Shown: positions 42,578 through 53,661 of the stretch, piece after piece
How positions within the stretch are numbered: the first letter of the stretch is position 1
Layout: each line of letters begins with the position of its first letter
Source of the DNA: Vulcanimicrobiota bacterium
GTDB taxonomy: Bacteria > Vulcanimicrobiota > Vulcanimicrobiia > Vulcanimicrobiales > Vulcanimicrobiaceae
Assembly (NCBI GenBank): GCA_963777315.1
Contig: CAVZQC010000006.1
Span: forward strand, 64,001-128,000
Direction: 5' to 3'
Length of the DNA stretch: 64,000 bases
The notes under the pieces: model-generated
Database searches by the model: none
What the model saw: only the letters and a program-made list of their open reading frames with translations
What the model was told of the DNA's origin: nothing
Translations under genes and position numbers: made by a program

Positions 42578-45343
42578 CCGGAAACGCGGTACCGCGCCGA
42601 GCGATCGCCACGACCAAACCGGCGGCCACGCACACTACTGCAACGTAACCCGCAAAAGAGAGCCAACCATATCCGGTCTGCGCCTTCATCAGCAACAGCG
42701 CGCCCAACGCCAACGCCACGTCGCACAGCCCTAGTCCGAATATAAACGCGCCGGCCGTGAGCACCACCGCCACCACCGACCACAGCAAATCACCGCCTGC
42801 GAATGCGACGGCCATTGCGGCCAAGAGCGCGGTCCCCAACATCCGCACTACGCGCTCGTTTTGCCAGCGTACGACGCGTTGACGCGATTGCCACAGCGTA
42901 TATAGCGCGTAACCCAAAAGCATTGCGACCGAAAGGCAAAAGACGACGTCCAGCGGATTGTCCCGAATCGTAACCGCAAACGCTGCCGTTACGAGGATCG
43001 CGCCAAAGTACGGTGAGCCTCTGCCGAACAGCACCGAATAACGGCCCGTCAACAACGCCAGCGCGCCCGCGACGATCGTCAACACGACTACGGCGGCAAA
43101 CACATGCATCGGTTGTCCCAGAATGCCCAGCAGCCCTTTGTCTTGCGGCCATAGATAACTCCAATTGACGAAATCGCGCGTGCCGGCGACGGCGTACTGA
43201 CACGCCGCCGCCAGCGCGCTGAGCAGCAGCGGATACGGGTTCAGAGCATCAACGTGATAGAACAGAAACATCGTCACGGCGATGAGGGCCCACCACGTCG
43301 AAACGTCGGTGCCGCTGTAACTGAGGAAGAATGCGAAAACGACGCCGGCAACGCAGGCGAGCACCTGCATCGGCCGCTTTGACGGCGGTACGTTCGATCT
43401 GCCAGGATGCGCACGTACTTCACCGCAAACGCTGCGGAAATGGCGCCGAAAACGACGAACGTGATCCATGTCGACCACAGCGCCCCCACCCATTGCGGGA
43501 CGATGTTATACGCCGTGAGGAGCCCCAGCCACGATCCCTCGCCGTAGCGATAGGAGTGCACGCGAAACGCTAGTGCGGTCTGCGCGAATCTGGGCGGCAA
43601 GGCGAGCCATTGCACGAGCACGCAGCCCACGCCCAGCGCCAGCAATCCCAGCGCTTGAATCACGTTGATCCGCTGTCTGCAATCTTGCGCTAAACGAAGG
43701 GCAGGCGGTAACAGGATCAGCGGCAGAAGCGATTCCGAAATAGAACCTGCGGCGACCAGCACGATGGCCGAAAAGGTCAGCCGATTGCGAATTGCAAGTC
43801 CCATGCCGATTACGGCGAGCAGGGCGGCGACGACTTCGCGATAGCCTGCGGCCATCTCGTACAAGGCCATCGGGGAGAGGAGCGTTGCCCAAAACAACAG
43901 CACGCGCTGTTCGGTACGCACCGTGGCGCGCGAGAGCAGATACGCAGTGCAGCAGCCGGCTTCACCGATCAGCAGTTTGAGCGCGCTTGCCGGTATTTCG
44001 GAACCGGAGTTCCCCGTAAGCGCGTATACGGCCATCTGCACGGGCGTAACCACCGATACGAGCATCGGCCAAAGCGGCGTTCCCGCCCACATGAAGGCAG
44101 GATTGCCGCTGCCGAAGCTGACGAGATTCGCGAACCGCACCCATACCGGAAAGTCCCACTGGTCGTGCGTAATAAGAGCCAGTGCGAGAATCACCACGAC
44201 CGCGCAGGCGGCCGTCCAGCCGTAACCGGCAAACACGGCTCGCGTCAAAGCTGCTGCAGCGATCAACATCGCCAAAACGACGAGTGCCGCGAGCGCGACG
44301 GTCAACGGCAAGCTGTTCGCAACCAAACGCACCGGCGGATCGTAGTGCAAGACCACGCCCACGCGCTGAACCGTCCAAAGCGCATTTTTCACGCGCAGCT
44401 GTATCTTCCACGTGGTGCTGCGGCACGCCGCCGGGTCGGCAACCGGAAACTCCACGCCGGCGGGTTGATAGAGCGGGGTAAAAAAAACCGGAGCGGTGAT
44501 GTTGGGCGCGTGACTGATCGCCAACGTGCTCACCGTTTTACCATCGAACCACGCCTGGGCCGATCCGCCTTTCCAGGCGCCCGTCAATGCGCCGATCACG
44601 TACAGATCCAGCCGGCACCGCACGCTGCTCTCACCTAAGTGCGAAAATTCGTACTGCGGCAAGAACCAGGTGCCGGCCGCCGATTTGCCGGCAACGACGC
44701 CGTCGAGTATGGCCGTGTTGTTGGTTCCCGGTTCGACCGATCCGTCGGTTTGGCGAATTTCGCTGCCCAGCCGCTCGGCACGTTCGCGATGAACGAACGA
44801 GCGCACGGCGCCGGGAGAGTCGATGCGAACGTCGTGCACGTGCCAGGTGACGCCCCGAGCGCGAATCGCCACCCGCCAAAATGCATACGGCCAGGCGTGG
44901 CACGGCGGCGCTGCGATCGGCTGCGGACTCCGAAACGGCGCGGTCCAGTGCGCCGCCCGGCAGCCGTTGAAGCCGACGTCGATGAACGCGCCTCGAGCAC
45001 GCGCAACCGGTACATCGGAGTCCAGGCGCATCGTAACGGGCGATTGGCCTTCGCGCATGCCTTCGGTCTCGTATCCTGAAAACACCCACGCGGCCGTCAT
45101 GCGGCGAACGCGGCTGTCGAAAACCAGGTCGTGTGAGGGCCAATCGATCGCGGCATGCGTATACGCGGCGGCTTGGCTTCCCAGGCTCACGAGAGCGTCC
45201 GGCCGAGGACGATGGCGTTGCCCGCTTTTGAAGCTGCCCTCCAGCTCCGTACCGTACGCGACAAGAGCGATGAGCAGCAGCAGCGCAACGGCTATGCGCA
45301 ACGCTCGATCTCTGTGCAGTATGCGCGCGCCGCTTTGCGCCAA
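42549..45343 (-). CDS. Large membrane protein: external beta domain plus many TM helices, possibly GT-C-like (frameshift at ~43395)
   Basis: ORFs 43274..45343 and 42549..43493 overlap, and the hydrophobic pattern switches frame near 43395. HDQWD loop follows an early TM of the membrane block. Confidence 0.55.
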
Positions 45344-46332
45344 TCGAATTCACTCGTCCGTGCGCGCGCTCGAGCGGAAAGCTGCGCCCGGTCCGTTTCT
45401 TCCGAGAAAAAACGAACGAGCGCTTCGGAGAACGCCTGCGGTTCGAACGCGCTCACGACGATTCCGCCGCCGTCGATCATCCAGCCGATGATCGGCGATG
45501 CGATAACCGGAACGCCGTGAGCGAGCGCCTCAATGACGGCCATGCTGCACGCTTCGTAGCGCGTAGTGGCAAGCATTGCCGCCGCGCCGGCGTATTCGAG
45601 CCGGACTTGCGCCGGAGACAGCGGACCCAGAAAAGTAACGCCGGGATGCTTGCGGGATTTCGTTTCAGCCGCCGTTACACCAACGACGCGCAGTTCCAGA
45701 TCCGGAACGCGCGAACGCGCCAGGGCAATCGCGGTAAGCGCGACGTCCAGGCCTTTTTTATACGGATGCGTTCCGACCCAGACGACTCGCCGCGAAGACG
45801 AATTCGCAGCGAACTGCGCTTGTGCGGGCGGCTGCGCGCCGTTGACGATGACGGCGATGTGCCTTGAAAAACCGTACGTCAGCTCGAGCTCGTCCACAAC
45901 CGTCGGCGAGACGGCGATATGCCGGTCGAACCGGCACGCCAAACGCTGCAGCCAGGTTTCGATTCGCCGGTAAGCGCGGACGGCAAACGACATGCGAGCC
46001 GTAAGGGCCGGAATTTCACATGCGCGCGTGCCGTGCCAGACGATGATGACTTTGCGAGCCCGGACCATCGCCAGCGCGAACGGCCACGCGTATTCCGCGC
46101 CGTTGATCAGAACGACGTCCGCGTTGCGGCTGCGCAATGCGATCAATAAACCGCCGACGATGTCGCACAGGAGCGGAAAAGAACTCACGAACGTCTTGCG
46201 GTCGAATGCCCACACGCGGTGAATGCGCCACGCCGGCCGCGCCGCAGCCAAATGCTCGGCTAATTCGCGCACGACCGTTTCGATGCCGCCGCGGAACTCG
46301 GGCGAATAGCGGCTCGTCAATGCAACGTTCAT
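45292..46332 (-). CDS. Glycosyltransferase family 4
   Basis: GGIETVV, KKGLDVAL, YEACSMAVIEALAHGVPVI (Ex7E). Confidence 0.92.
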   Translation of the reverse strand: MNVALTSRYSPEFRGGIETVVRELAEHLAAARPAWRIHRVWAFDRKTFVSSFPLLCDIVGGLLIALRSRNADVVLINGAEYAWPFALAMVRARKVIIVWHGTRACEIPALTARMSFAVRAYRRIETWLQRLACRFDRHIAVSPTVVDELELTYGFSRHIAVIVNGAQPPAQAQFAANSSSRRVVWVGTHPYKKGLDVALTAIALARSRVPDLELRVVGVTAAETKSRKHPGVTFLGPLSPAQVRLEYAGAAAMLATTRYEACSMAVIEALAHGVPVIASPIIGWMIDGGGIVVSAFEPQAFSEALVRFFSEETDRAQLSARARARTSEFDWRKAARAYCTEIERCA

Positions 46333-47213
46333 TGCAGCCTGTGCTTGGTCGTGGGCTGCGTTTCCCAGCCGCCCGCGTCACGACCCTTCGGGACGTAACC
46401 GACGACGAACTTGGCACGAACTTGTTGGAAGATCCAGTGCAATCCGCCGATAGGATCTGCGAGCAGCTCCGCCATGAGCGCGCGTAGGCAAGCCGCCGTC
46501 CCGGGCTCTTGCGCGCGCGTAAGCAAACCCATCGTGCGCAACTGCGCATAACCGGCATCGGCTCGCTGGCGCTGAGCCGCAAAATCTCGCGTCACGGTCG
46601 CTTCGGAATACAGACACATTGCGGAAGGCTCGTAAACCGCCGCCAAGCCCTGCCGCGAAGCAAGACATGCTAAATAGGCGTCGTTCGCGATGATGTCCGT
46701 GCTCGCGACGTTTTCCAAAAACCACGACTGCCGTACCGCAAAGAAACGGCCGATTATCGCTTCTTTGGGAAAGCCCAGCGCACGAACGCGATGCAGGATG
46801 TTGCTTCGAAACCGCGCCGCCGGAAAGCGTTGGTGCGTACCGGCGGCGATGACGCGGCCGCTCGCTGCGACGACGCCCCCCTGCAGCCGGGAACGCAGTA
46901 TCTCGATGGCACCCCGCATCGGCAGCGCATCGCCGTCGATGAAGACGACTATCGGCTCGGACGCGGAGCGCGCCGCGCTCACCCATCCGGCAAGTTGTCC
47001 GCTGCGCTCGGCCGGCCGCAACATCCGAACGCGCGCGTCGGCGGATGCAAAAGAACGCAATATCTCCGGCGAACGATCCGTACTCCAATCGTCGACCGCG
47101 ACGACTTCGCCGACGACGCGCTCGGAAAGCAGCCGCTCCAACAGCGATGGAAGATTTGCTTGTTCGTTGTAAATCGGCACGCCGACGGTAACGGACGCGT
47201 TGGGTTCGGGCAT
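46329..47213 (-). CDS. Glycosyltransferase family 2
   Basis: VGVPIYNEQ, VDDWSTDRS, FIDGD, ANDAYL, QRQRAD. Confidence 0.9.
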   Translation of the reverse strand: MPEPNASVTVGVPIYNEQANLPSLLERLLSERVVGEVVAVDDWSTDRSPEILRSFASADARVRMLRPAERSGQLAGWVSAARSASEPIVVFIDGDALPMRGAIEILRSRLQGGVVAASGRVIAAGTHQRFPAARFRSNILHRVRALGFPKEAIIGRFFAVRQSWFLENVASTDIIANDAYLACLASRQGLAAVYEPSAMCLYSEATVTRDFAAQRQRADAGYAQLRTMGLLTRAQEPGTAACLRALMAELLADPIGGLHWIFQQVRAKFVVGYVPKGRDAGGWETQPTTKHRLQ

Positions 47214-47273
47214 AGAGATGAAGCCCTATTGGTAGGGCGTCGACTGCTATCCTCCGAACTCGAGCCAAGCAGC

Positions 47274-47996
47274 ATGGCGAAGCGTCATCGTGTCCCAAAG
47301 CGGCGTACAGCTCCTACCGTACCGATTTTTTATCCCGATTGGCTGCTGCTGAGCGAACTGTCCGCGGACATCGAAGCTGCGCTCGAGCGCTTTGCGACGG
47401 GTCGGTTATTGGACGTCGGGTGCGGAGAGTGTCCGTACGCCCGCTGCAACAGCGCGGTGACGCAGTGGATCGGCTTCGACGCCGATAGTAATTCGTCGGC
47501 GGATATTACCGGTTCCATCTATCAGCTTCCCGTTGAAAGCGCGTCGTTCGATACCGTGCTGTGCACGCAAGTCTTGGAGCATTTGGAGCGGCCCGTGGAT
47601 GCATTGCGCGAGCTGCATCGAGTCCTGCGGGCACCGGGCAAGCTGATTTTGAGCGTACCGCAATATTGGCCGCTGCACGAAGAGCCGCACGATTTCTTTC
47701 GTTACACCACACTGGGGTTGAACAGCGTCGTTTCGGCTTGCGGCTTCCGGCTCGTCGAAATGAAAAGCCAAGGTCGCGGAGCCCGCGTGGCTGGCCAGGC
47801 GCTCAACAACGCGATGCTGTGCGCCGGCGATACGTACGCATTCCGCGAGCAGCTCTGGTTCAAGGCGATGAAAGCGCCGTTCTATCTTTTGGTCAACATC
47901 ACGTCGGCCTTGCTGGGAACGGTCTTAAAGACTCCGCGCGACGTGCTCAATCATCTTATCGTCGCCGAGAAGGCCGAGCCTGCGGAGCCTCTTTAG
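47274..47996 (+). CDS. Class I SAM-dependent methyltransferase
   Basis: LLDVGCGECPY, FDTVLCTQVLEHL, LHEEPHDFFRYT. Confidence 0.9.
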   Translation: MAKRHRVPKRRTAPTVPIFYPDWLLLSELSADIEAALERFATGRLLDVGCGECPYARCNSAVTQWIGFDADSNSSADITGSIYQLPVESASFDTVLCTQVLEHLERPVDALRELHRVLRAPGKLILSVPQYWPLHEEPHDFFRYTTLGLNSVVSACGFRLVEMKSQGRGARVAGQALNNAMLCAGDTYAFREQLWFKAMKAPFYLLVNITSALLGTVLKTPRDVLNHLIVAEKAEPAEPL

Positions 47997-48777
47997 GATC
48001 GGACTTGCGGGCGAAATAGCGGAAGCTGCGCCACCCCTCGCCCACGTCTTCTTCCACGTAGCGAGCGGGCGCACCGGATTGGGCCAGAAGAGCCAGCACG
48101 CTGCTCTTTTTTGCGCCGTGCAACTCCATCGGATGTTCCTGAACCGCCAGCAGCATGCCGCTGGGCGCGTTCGGATAGTGGCGACGCAGATACGCTCGCA
48201 TCAACGGACGCGGAATATACGGAACGAGCGGCACGGCCGCGGCCTTGAGCCACTTCGAAAAGCGGATCGGATACCGATCCGGCAAGCGAAAGACGACGAT
48301 CCCGCCGGAGGCCGCAACCCGCGCGAACTCGCGGATATATGCCCTCGCGTATCGAGGATGCATGTGCTGGAGCACGATGTCGGTGTAAACGAAATCGAAC
48401 GTTCGGCTTTCGAACGCTCGCAAATCGTCGGCCGCGTTCAACACGAACCGGCAGTTTGCAATGCCGGAATTCAAGCGCCGCGCCTTTGCGATCATGGACG
48501 GAGCGATGTCGACGCCCGTTACGGCATCGAAACGGCGCGCCAGAGCGCGGGAAAGCCGGCCCAGGCCGCACCCGAAGTCCAAGGCATGACGACGGCTCGC
48601 ATCAGGAAAGAGTCTCGCGACCGTTTGCATCACAGCGTCGACTTCGCGTTCTCCGGTTGAATAAAACTCCGCCTCGTTCCATCCGTGCCCCAGCTTCGAG
48701 GGTTCGCTCAACACGGCCCACATGGGATCGAGCTCGCCGAGCTTGTCCCAGTTCTGCTGCAGGCTGCGTAAATTCAA
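47956..48777 (-). CDS. Class I SAM-dependent methyltransferase
   Basis: DPMWAVLS, ALDFGCGLGRL, GVDIAPSM, IVLQHM. TTG start overlaps the upstream TGA. Confidence 0.9.
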   Translation of the reverse strand: MNLRSLQQNWDKLGELDPMWAVLSEPSKLGHGWNEAEFYSTGEREVDAVMQTVARLFPDASRRHALDFGCGLGRLSRALARRFDAVTGVDIAPSMIAKARRLNSGIANCRFVLNAADDLRAFESRTFDFVYTDIVLQHMHPRYARAYIREFARVAASGGIVVFRLPDRYPIRFSKWLKAAAVPLVPYIPRPLMRAYLRRHYPNAPSGMLLAVQEHPMELHGAKKSSVLALLAQSGAPARYVEEDVGEGWRSFRYFARKSDPKEAPQARPSRRR

Positions 48778-50729
48778 GCAAGCACCTCGGCAGGACGTTC
48801 CAGCGAAATTTGCGTCGACGCCGGAGACTTCACGAGATTCCATTGCCCGCGCACTTTCACCAGACCCAGGCGATCGCCGATGACGCAGCGCATGATGACG
48901 TCCATCATCGAGTCGGCCGACCGATCCCACGAGAACTCCGCGGCGCGCGCGAGGGCAGCGCGTTCGAGTCGAGCTCGTTCGCTGGGGTCGTGCAGGATGC
49001 GCAAGATCGGCTCGGACAAATCGCCGTCTTCGGCTATCGTGCGCCCGTTAAGTCCGTCGACGATCGCTTCACGCAAACCGGGCACATCGTACGACACGGC
49101 GGGCGTGCCGCAGGCGTTGGCCTCCACGACGGAAATGCCCCATCCCTCGATCTCCGAGGCGGAAACGAACACCCATGCCCCTTGCAAGAGCCGGCTCTTT
49201 CTTGCCTCGTCCACGAACCCTTCAAAGATCACTGCGTCCGCAATTCCACATTTGCGCGCATGGTGTTCCAGCCGGGCGCGATCGTCGCCGTCGCCGGCGA
49301 TGTGCAGCACCGCATCCGGGATCGCTTGCCGCACGCCGTGCAGCGCATCGATAATCCGATCGACGCGTTTATAGCGCTTCAGGCGTCCCAAGTACACCAA
49401 AGTCGGACGGGCAAATTTTTCGCCGGGCACCAGAGCGGCGTTCACGCCGTTTCGCACGATATCGATGGATTGGCGGGGTATGCCGATGCCGTGCATCGCT
49501 TCCCGCGTATCTTCGGAAACGGCGACGAATTTGCTGTTGCGGTACAGGCGCGGCATCAGCCAGCACTCCATCCACGTCAGCACCAGCGCCAGCGGCGCGG
49601 CGAGATGATTGCGAAATACGTCTTTGTGCACGTGATGCACGACGCATATTTTCGGTTTCATCGAAAAGAGCGGGGAGAAAAACGGAATTCCGTTTTCGGC
49701 ATCGAGGATCACGTCGAAGCGATCCCGGAAGTTGCGGGCGTATTCCAGAGGCAGCGCTGCGTACACCGTAAGGGCGTTGCCCACGCGAGTGATGCGGATC
49801 CCCTCGATCGTTTCGGTTGGCGGCGCGCCGGCAAACGACGCGGCAAGCCATTCGACGGAGTGCCCTGCCGCTACCCAGCGCTTGCCGAGCTCGTGCAGGT
49901 ACGTTTCGGCACCGCCGGCGGACGGATGCTTCGGATCGCGCCAGTTCAGCATGAGGATATTGAACCCGTCATGCACGCGGATGGGCTTGGTCGGAAACAA
50001 TCGGTCGAACAACGGAACGACCACGCGCAAAAAAGAGTGGCGCATGCGCAGGCGCAAGATCGAGGCCAGCATGTGAGACGACGCCGGCAGGAGCTGAACT
50101 CTGGAGCCCTCGACGTCCCGCCAAACCGTCGCGCACTCCCGCACGCGCATTCCGGCGGCCTTCATCCCGAACAAAAGGTCGACGTCGAACGCAAAGTTTG
50201 CCGTTTCGACGCCGGGCAGAATTCTGCGAATGGACGCTGTGCGGAAAACCTTGGCGCCGCACTGCGTATCCGAAAAACGCAGCCCGAACAGCATTCGAAT
50301 GCACGCGTTGAAGACGCGGCTTGCCACTCGCCGCCGAAACGGTTGAGCAATTTCCACGGTGGCTCCGGAAATCCAGCGCGATGCGATGACTGCGTCGTAA
50401 TCGTGGAGCATTTCGCATAAGCGGCGCAACTCCGCGGCGGACGTTGCATGGTCCGCGTCAACATAGGCCACGATGGGCGCTCGCGCCAGCAAGAATCCCG
50501 CGCGAACTGCTCCGCCCTTTCCGACGGCCTCCTCGATGGACACGGCGGCAAGGTTGCCGATTTCGACGCGCAGGCGGCTGACTATGCTGCTCGTGGCGTC
50601 GGTGCATCCGTTGAGCACGACGACGATCTCCGAGTCGTCGAAGATCGCCGCATAGTCCCGCAGCGTCGATTCAATCCTGGCCGCCTCATTATGCGCGGGG
50701 ATGATGATGGAGTATCGCGGCCGCATCAT
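48774..50729 (-). CDS. Fused glycosyltransferase: N-terminal GT2 (dolichyl-phosphate glucosyltransferase-like) plus C-terminal GT4
   Basis: IIIPAHNEA, GKGGAV, VDAD, DTQCGAK, FDVDLL; then NWRDPKHPSAGGAE, YLGRLKRYKRVD, EGWGISVVEANACGTP. Confidence 0.9.
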   Translation of the reverse strand: MMRPRYSIIIPAHNEAARIESTLRDYAAIFDDSEIVVVLNGCTDATSSIVSRLRVEIGNLAAVSIEEAVGKGGAVRAGFLLARAPIVAYVDADHATSAAELRRLCEMLHDYDAVIASRWISGATVEIAQPFRRRVASRVFNACIRMLFGLRFSDTQCGAKVFRTASIRRILPGVETANFAFDVDLLFGMKAAGMRVRECATVWRDVEGSRVQLLPASSHMLASILRLRMRHSFLRVVVPLFDRLFPTKPIRVHDGFNILMLNWRDPKHPSAGGAETYLHELGKRWVAAGHSVEWLAASFAGAPPTETIEGIRITRVGNALTVYAALPLEYARNFRDRFDVILDAENGIPFFSPLFSMKPKICVVHHVHKDVFRNHLAAPLALVLTWMECWLMPRLYRNSKFVAVSEDTREAMHGIGIPRQSIDIVRNGVNAALVPGEKFARPTLVYLGRLKRYKRVDRIIDALHGVRQAIPDAVLHIAGDGDDRARLEHHARKCGIADAVIFEGFVDEARKSRLLQGAWVFVSASEIEGWGISVVEANACGTPAVSYDVPGLREAIVDGLNGRTIAEDGDLSEPILRILHDPSERARLERAALARAAEFSWDRSADSMMDVIMRCVIGDRLGLVKVRGQWNLVKSPASTQISLERPAEVLA

Positions 50730-52045
50730 GCTGCCTCCGGTGCTGCGGTCCGGGCGGCCTTCGTCCGAATCGCTACCCCGTACAAACACCCGGCTACCGC
50801 GATCGCGTTGCCGATCAACAGAACGTGTATGACGTCCCAAAGCGTACGATGGTAAAACGCGATCGCCAGCACTTCTCCAAGGACGACCGCACCGAGCATA
50901 TAGAGGAAGTCGAATTGGTGCAGGCCGATTTTATAGTTGACCAGCAGCGTGAGTACGGCCAGCATGCCCATCGCGCAGCCGTACGGAAAAACGAACGGCG
51001 CAGCTGCGGCGAAGGCGCCCCCTGCGACGAATCGCAGAACTTCCGCAGGCATGCAGGCGAATATCGCAAGAGCTCCGCCCAGCAAAAGCAGCGTTACCGA
51101 TCCGGCCTGGGCCAGCATCGGGAGCGGATTTTCGCCGCTCGTGCTCTTGCCGACGGCCTTGGGCAGCACGACGGCCGGGATGAAGGCGGCCAGAAAAAGG
51201 ACGATCTTTCCGCTGAGATTTACGGCCGCATAGAGCCCTGCTTGCCGCGGCTCGAAGTAGTGCTTTACGAGCAGGACGTCCATGAAGCTGATGAACGTGA
51301 GGAACCCCGTCGCTAGTCCGACGCCCGCCGTGGTTTGCATCAGGCGGCGCAGGTCGAGCGATAACGGCACGGGGAGAGCCGCGGCGCTGCCGTGCTTGCG
51401 CAAGACGGCGCCGATCGTATACGCCAGCGCGCACGCGGTTCCGACGATCCATCCGAACATTGCGCCGCGAACGCCGAACCCGGCGTACACCAGCGCGATC
51501 GCGAGCAGCACTTTGATCGATGCTTCGAGCACCGCCGAAATGCTATAGCGTAGAAAGTCCTGCTCGCCCTGAAGAATGCCGCGCACGCTGGGCGTCATCA
51601 ATCCGAGCGCGATAATGCCTAAAGCAAGAACGATGGCGATATCGTTCGGTATGCGCAGAAACGAAGCTATCTCGGCGCGCAGCAGCAAACCCAAGGCGAG
51701 GGCGATGATGCCCGCTATGCCCGTCCATTTGAGCAAAACCTGCGAAAGGCGCCGCACCCGCCCGGCGTCGCCTGCGGCGTGAAAAACGGCGGAGTACTTG
51801 ACGACGACCAAGGTGAGCACCGACGTCGGGATCGACAAAATCATCAGGAAGCTCACCAGCGACGACAAGGTCGCGAATCCTTCGACTCCGAGCCGGCGGC
51901 TGAGCGCAAAATTGAATAAGTAGTTCAGGACGTTTGCGGCCATCGTCGCGCCGAACACCAGCGCGCTATGGCGCACGAAGTCGTTACGAAGCGCCCGCTG
52001 CACCGGAAGCGCCATGCGGCGCATCGCCAGACCGTTGACCGTCAT
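50726..52045 (-). CDS. Wzx-type oligosaccharide flippase
   Basis: About 12 TM helices; NYLFNFALSRRLG, RGILQG, MDVLLVKHYF...AGLYAA. ATGA overlaps at both ends. Confidence 0.88.
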   Translation of the reverse strand: MTVNGLAMRRMALPVQRALRNDFVRHSALVFGATMAANVLNYLFNFALSRRLGVEGFATLSSLVSFLMILSIPTSVLTLVVVKYSAVFHAAGDAGRVRRLSQVLLKWTGIAGIIALALGLLLRAEIASFLRIPNDIAIVLALGIIALGLMTPSVRGILQGEQDFLRYSISAVLEASIKVLLAIALVYAGFGVRGAMFGWIVGTACALAYTIGAVLRKHGSAAALPVPLSLDLRRLMQTTAGVGLATGFLTFISFMDVLLVKHYFEPRQAGLYAAVNLSGKIVLFLAAFIPAVVLPKAVGKSTSGENPLPMLAQAGSVTLLLLGGALAIFACMPAEVLRFVAGGAFAAAAPFVFPYGCAMGMLAVLTLLVNYKIGLHQFDFLYMLGAVVLGEVLAIAFYHRTLWDVIHVLLIGNAIAVAGCLYGVAIRTKAARTAAPEAA

Positions 52046-53661
52046 GCGATCGGTGCCTCGCGGTTCTCCGGCGGACTGGGCAAATTCCGGGCGAACTTCT
52101 GCACGATCAGGTTGAAGGCGATGCCCAATTCCTCGACGTCCAGCAACCGCGCCATCGCAACGAACGCCAGCGCTCCAATGGCAATCTGGCCGAACAAGAA
52201 CCACGCGCGCGAAATGAACGTGTGCGCCGGCTCGACGCCTAGCGCCGCTATCCAATGCAGCGTTGCTACCATCACGCCGGAACTGACGGCAATTTTGAGC
52301 GTCGAAAGCCCCAGAGTGCGCCAATCGATGCGGTGGACCAGCCGCTGCACCAAAACCAGCAGCATGACGGCTTGCATGGATTGGCTGAGCGAATTCGCCA
52401 GCAGCAGGCCGCGCGCGCCCAGCGTCGGCAGCCACAGCACCGACAGCAGCACGTTGACGACGACCGTGAACACCGAGATGGCGACGGTCCAGCTCGTTTC
52501 CTTGCAGGCAAACGCGCAGCGCGTCAGCACGACGTTCGCCGCCAGCGCCACCAAACCGATCGCCGCATACGGCAGCAGTCCGGCGCATAGATCCGTCGCC
52601 GTCGATTTGAACGTTCCGCGCTCGAACAGAGTCTGCACGATCGGATGGGCCAGCACCATCAGCGCGCACACGCTGGGAATCGTGATGAAGTTGACCAGCC
52701 GCAGGCCCATCGTCACGCTCTTGCCGACCGCCAACCGGTTTTCGCGGGCGAAATGGGACGCCAGCAGCGGAAAGATCACCGTCGCGATTGCCGCGGCGAA
52801 AATCTGCTGCGGAAAGTTGACCAGCTTGGTGGCATAGTTCATGCCGGCCATGTAACCCGGAGTCAGCGTCGAGGCAAAATAGCGATCGAAAAAGATGGCG
52901 ATTTGCCCCGCAGCCGAGCCCACGATGATCGGTCCGAGCATGTCCCACATGCGGCGCAAGCCCGGGTGGCGCAGATCCAGGGTGAAACGGTACCGGCGCG
53001 TGAACAGCAGCGTGGGCACCTGCACGAGCATCTGCGCGGACAAGCCCAGTGCGGTGCCGAGAACCAATGCGTAGATGCCGAAGCGATGGTTGAGCGCCAC
53101 TACGCACGCAATCGTCACCGCGTTCACGGCAATGCCGGTGAGCGACGCGGTGCGAAAGCGCTGATGCGCGTTGAGCACGGCGCTCAGCACGCCCGCAAGA
53201 CTGACGGCAATGATGCTGGGCATGAGCCAGCGCGTCATCCGGATCGCGACGGCCATTTGCGGGCCGGGAAACCCGTGCGCGATGAAGGGTACGTATACGG
53301 GCGCAAAAACGTAGCCCAGCACCGCACAACCCGTCAGGACGATGAGCAGGCCGTTGATGATCGTGTTTGCCAAACGCCAGCCTTCGTCGTCTTTGCCGCC
53401 GGCGATATATTCGGTGAACGTGGGCACCAGCGCGCTCACCAGCGCACCGTTGAAAACGCCGAAAAGGATCGTCGGAATGACGGCAGCGGCAAGAAACGTG
53501 TCCATCTCCCACTGCGTGCCGTAGTAGCGCGCATTGACCACCTCGCGGACGAAACCCAGCAGCGTCGATCCCAGCGTAGCGGCAATGACGAACAGCGCCG
53601 AGCCTGCCAGCGCGGCGTGGGATTTTTGGTCGGGGGTGACGATGCGCAGCTGCGGTTTAAT
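52042..53661 (-). CDS. murJ: MurJ (MviN) lipid II flippase; probable ATT start
   Basis: STLLGFVRE lies in frame upstream of the called GTG; also ALVPTF, DRYFAS, LFERGTF. In-frame ATT at 53661 overlaps the upstream TAA and follows AAGGA. Confidence 0.9.
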   Translation of the reverse strand: MKPQLRIVTPDQKSHAALAGSALFVIAATLGSTLLGFVREVVNARYYGTQWEMDTFLAAAVIPTILFGVFNGALVSALVPTFTEYIAGGKDDEGWRLANTIINGLLIVLTGCAVLGYVFAPVYVPFIAHGFPGPQMAVAIRMTRWLMPSIIAVSLAGVLSAVLNAHQRFRTASLTGIAVNAVTIACVVALNHRFGIYALVLGTALGLSAQMLVQVPTLLFTRRYRFTLDLRHPGLRRMWDMLGPIIVGSAAGQIAIFFDRYFASTLTPGYMAGMNYATKLVNFPQQIFAAAIATVIFPLLASHFARENRLAVGKSVTMGLRLVNFITIPSVCALMVLAHPIVQTLFERGTFKSTATDLCAGLLPYAAIGLVALAANVVLTRCAFACKETSWTVAISVFTVVVNVLLSVLWLPTLGARGLLLANSLSQSMQAVMLLVLVQRLVHRIDWRTLGLSTLKIAVSSGVMVATLHWIAALGVEPAHTFISRAWFLFGQIAIGALAFVAMARLLDVEELGIAFNLIVQKFARNLPSPPENREAPIA

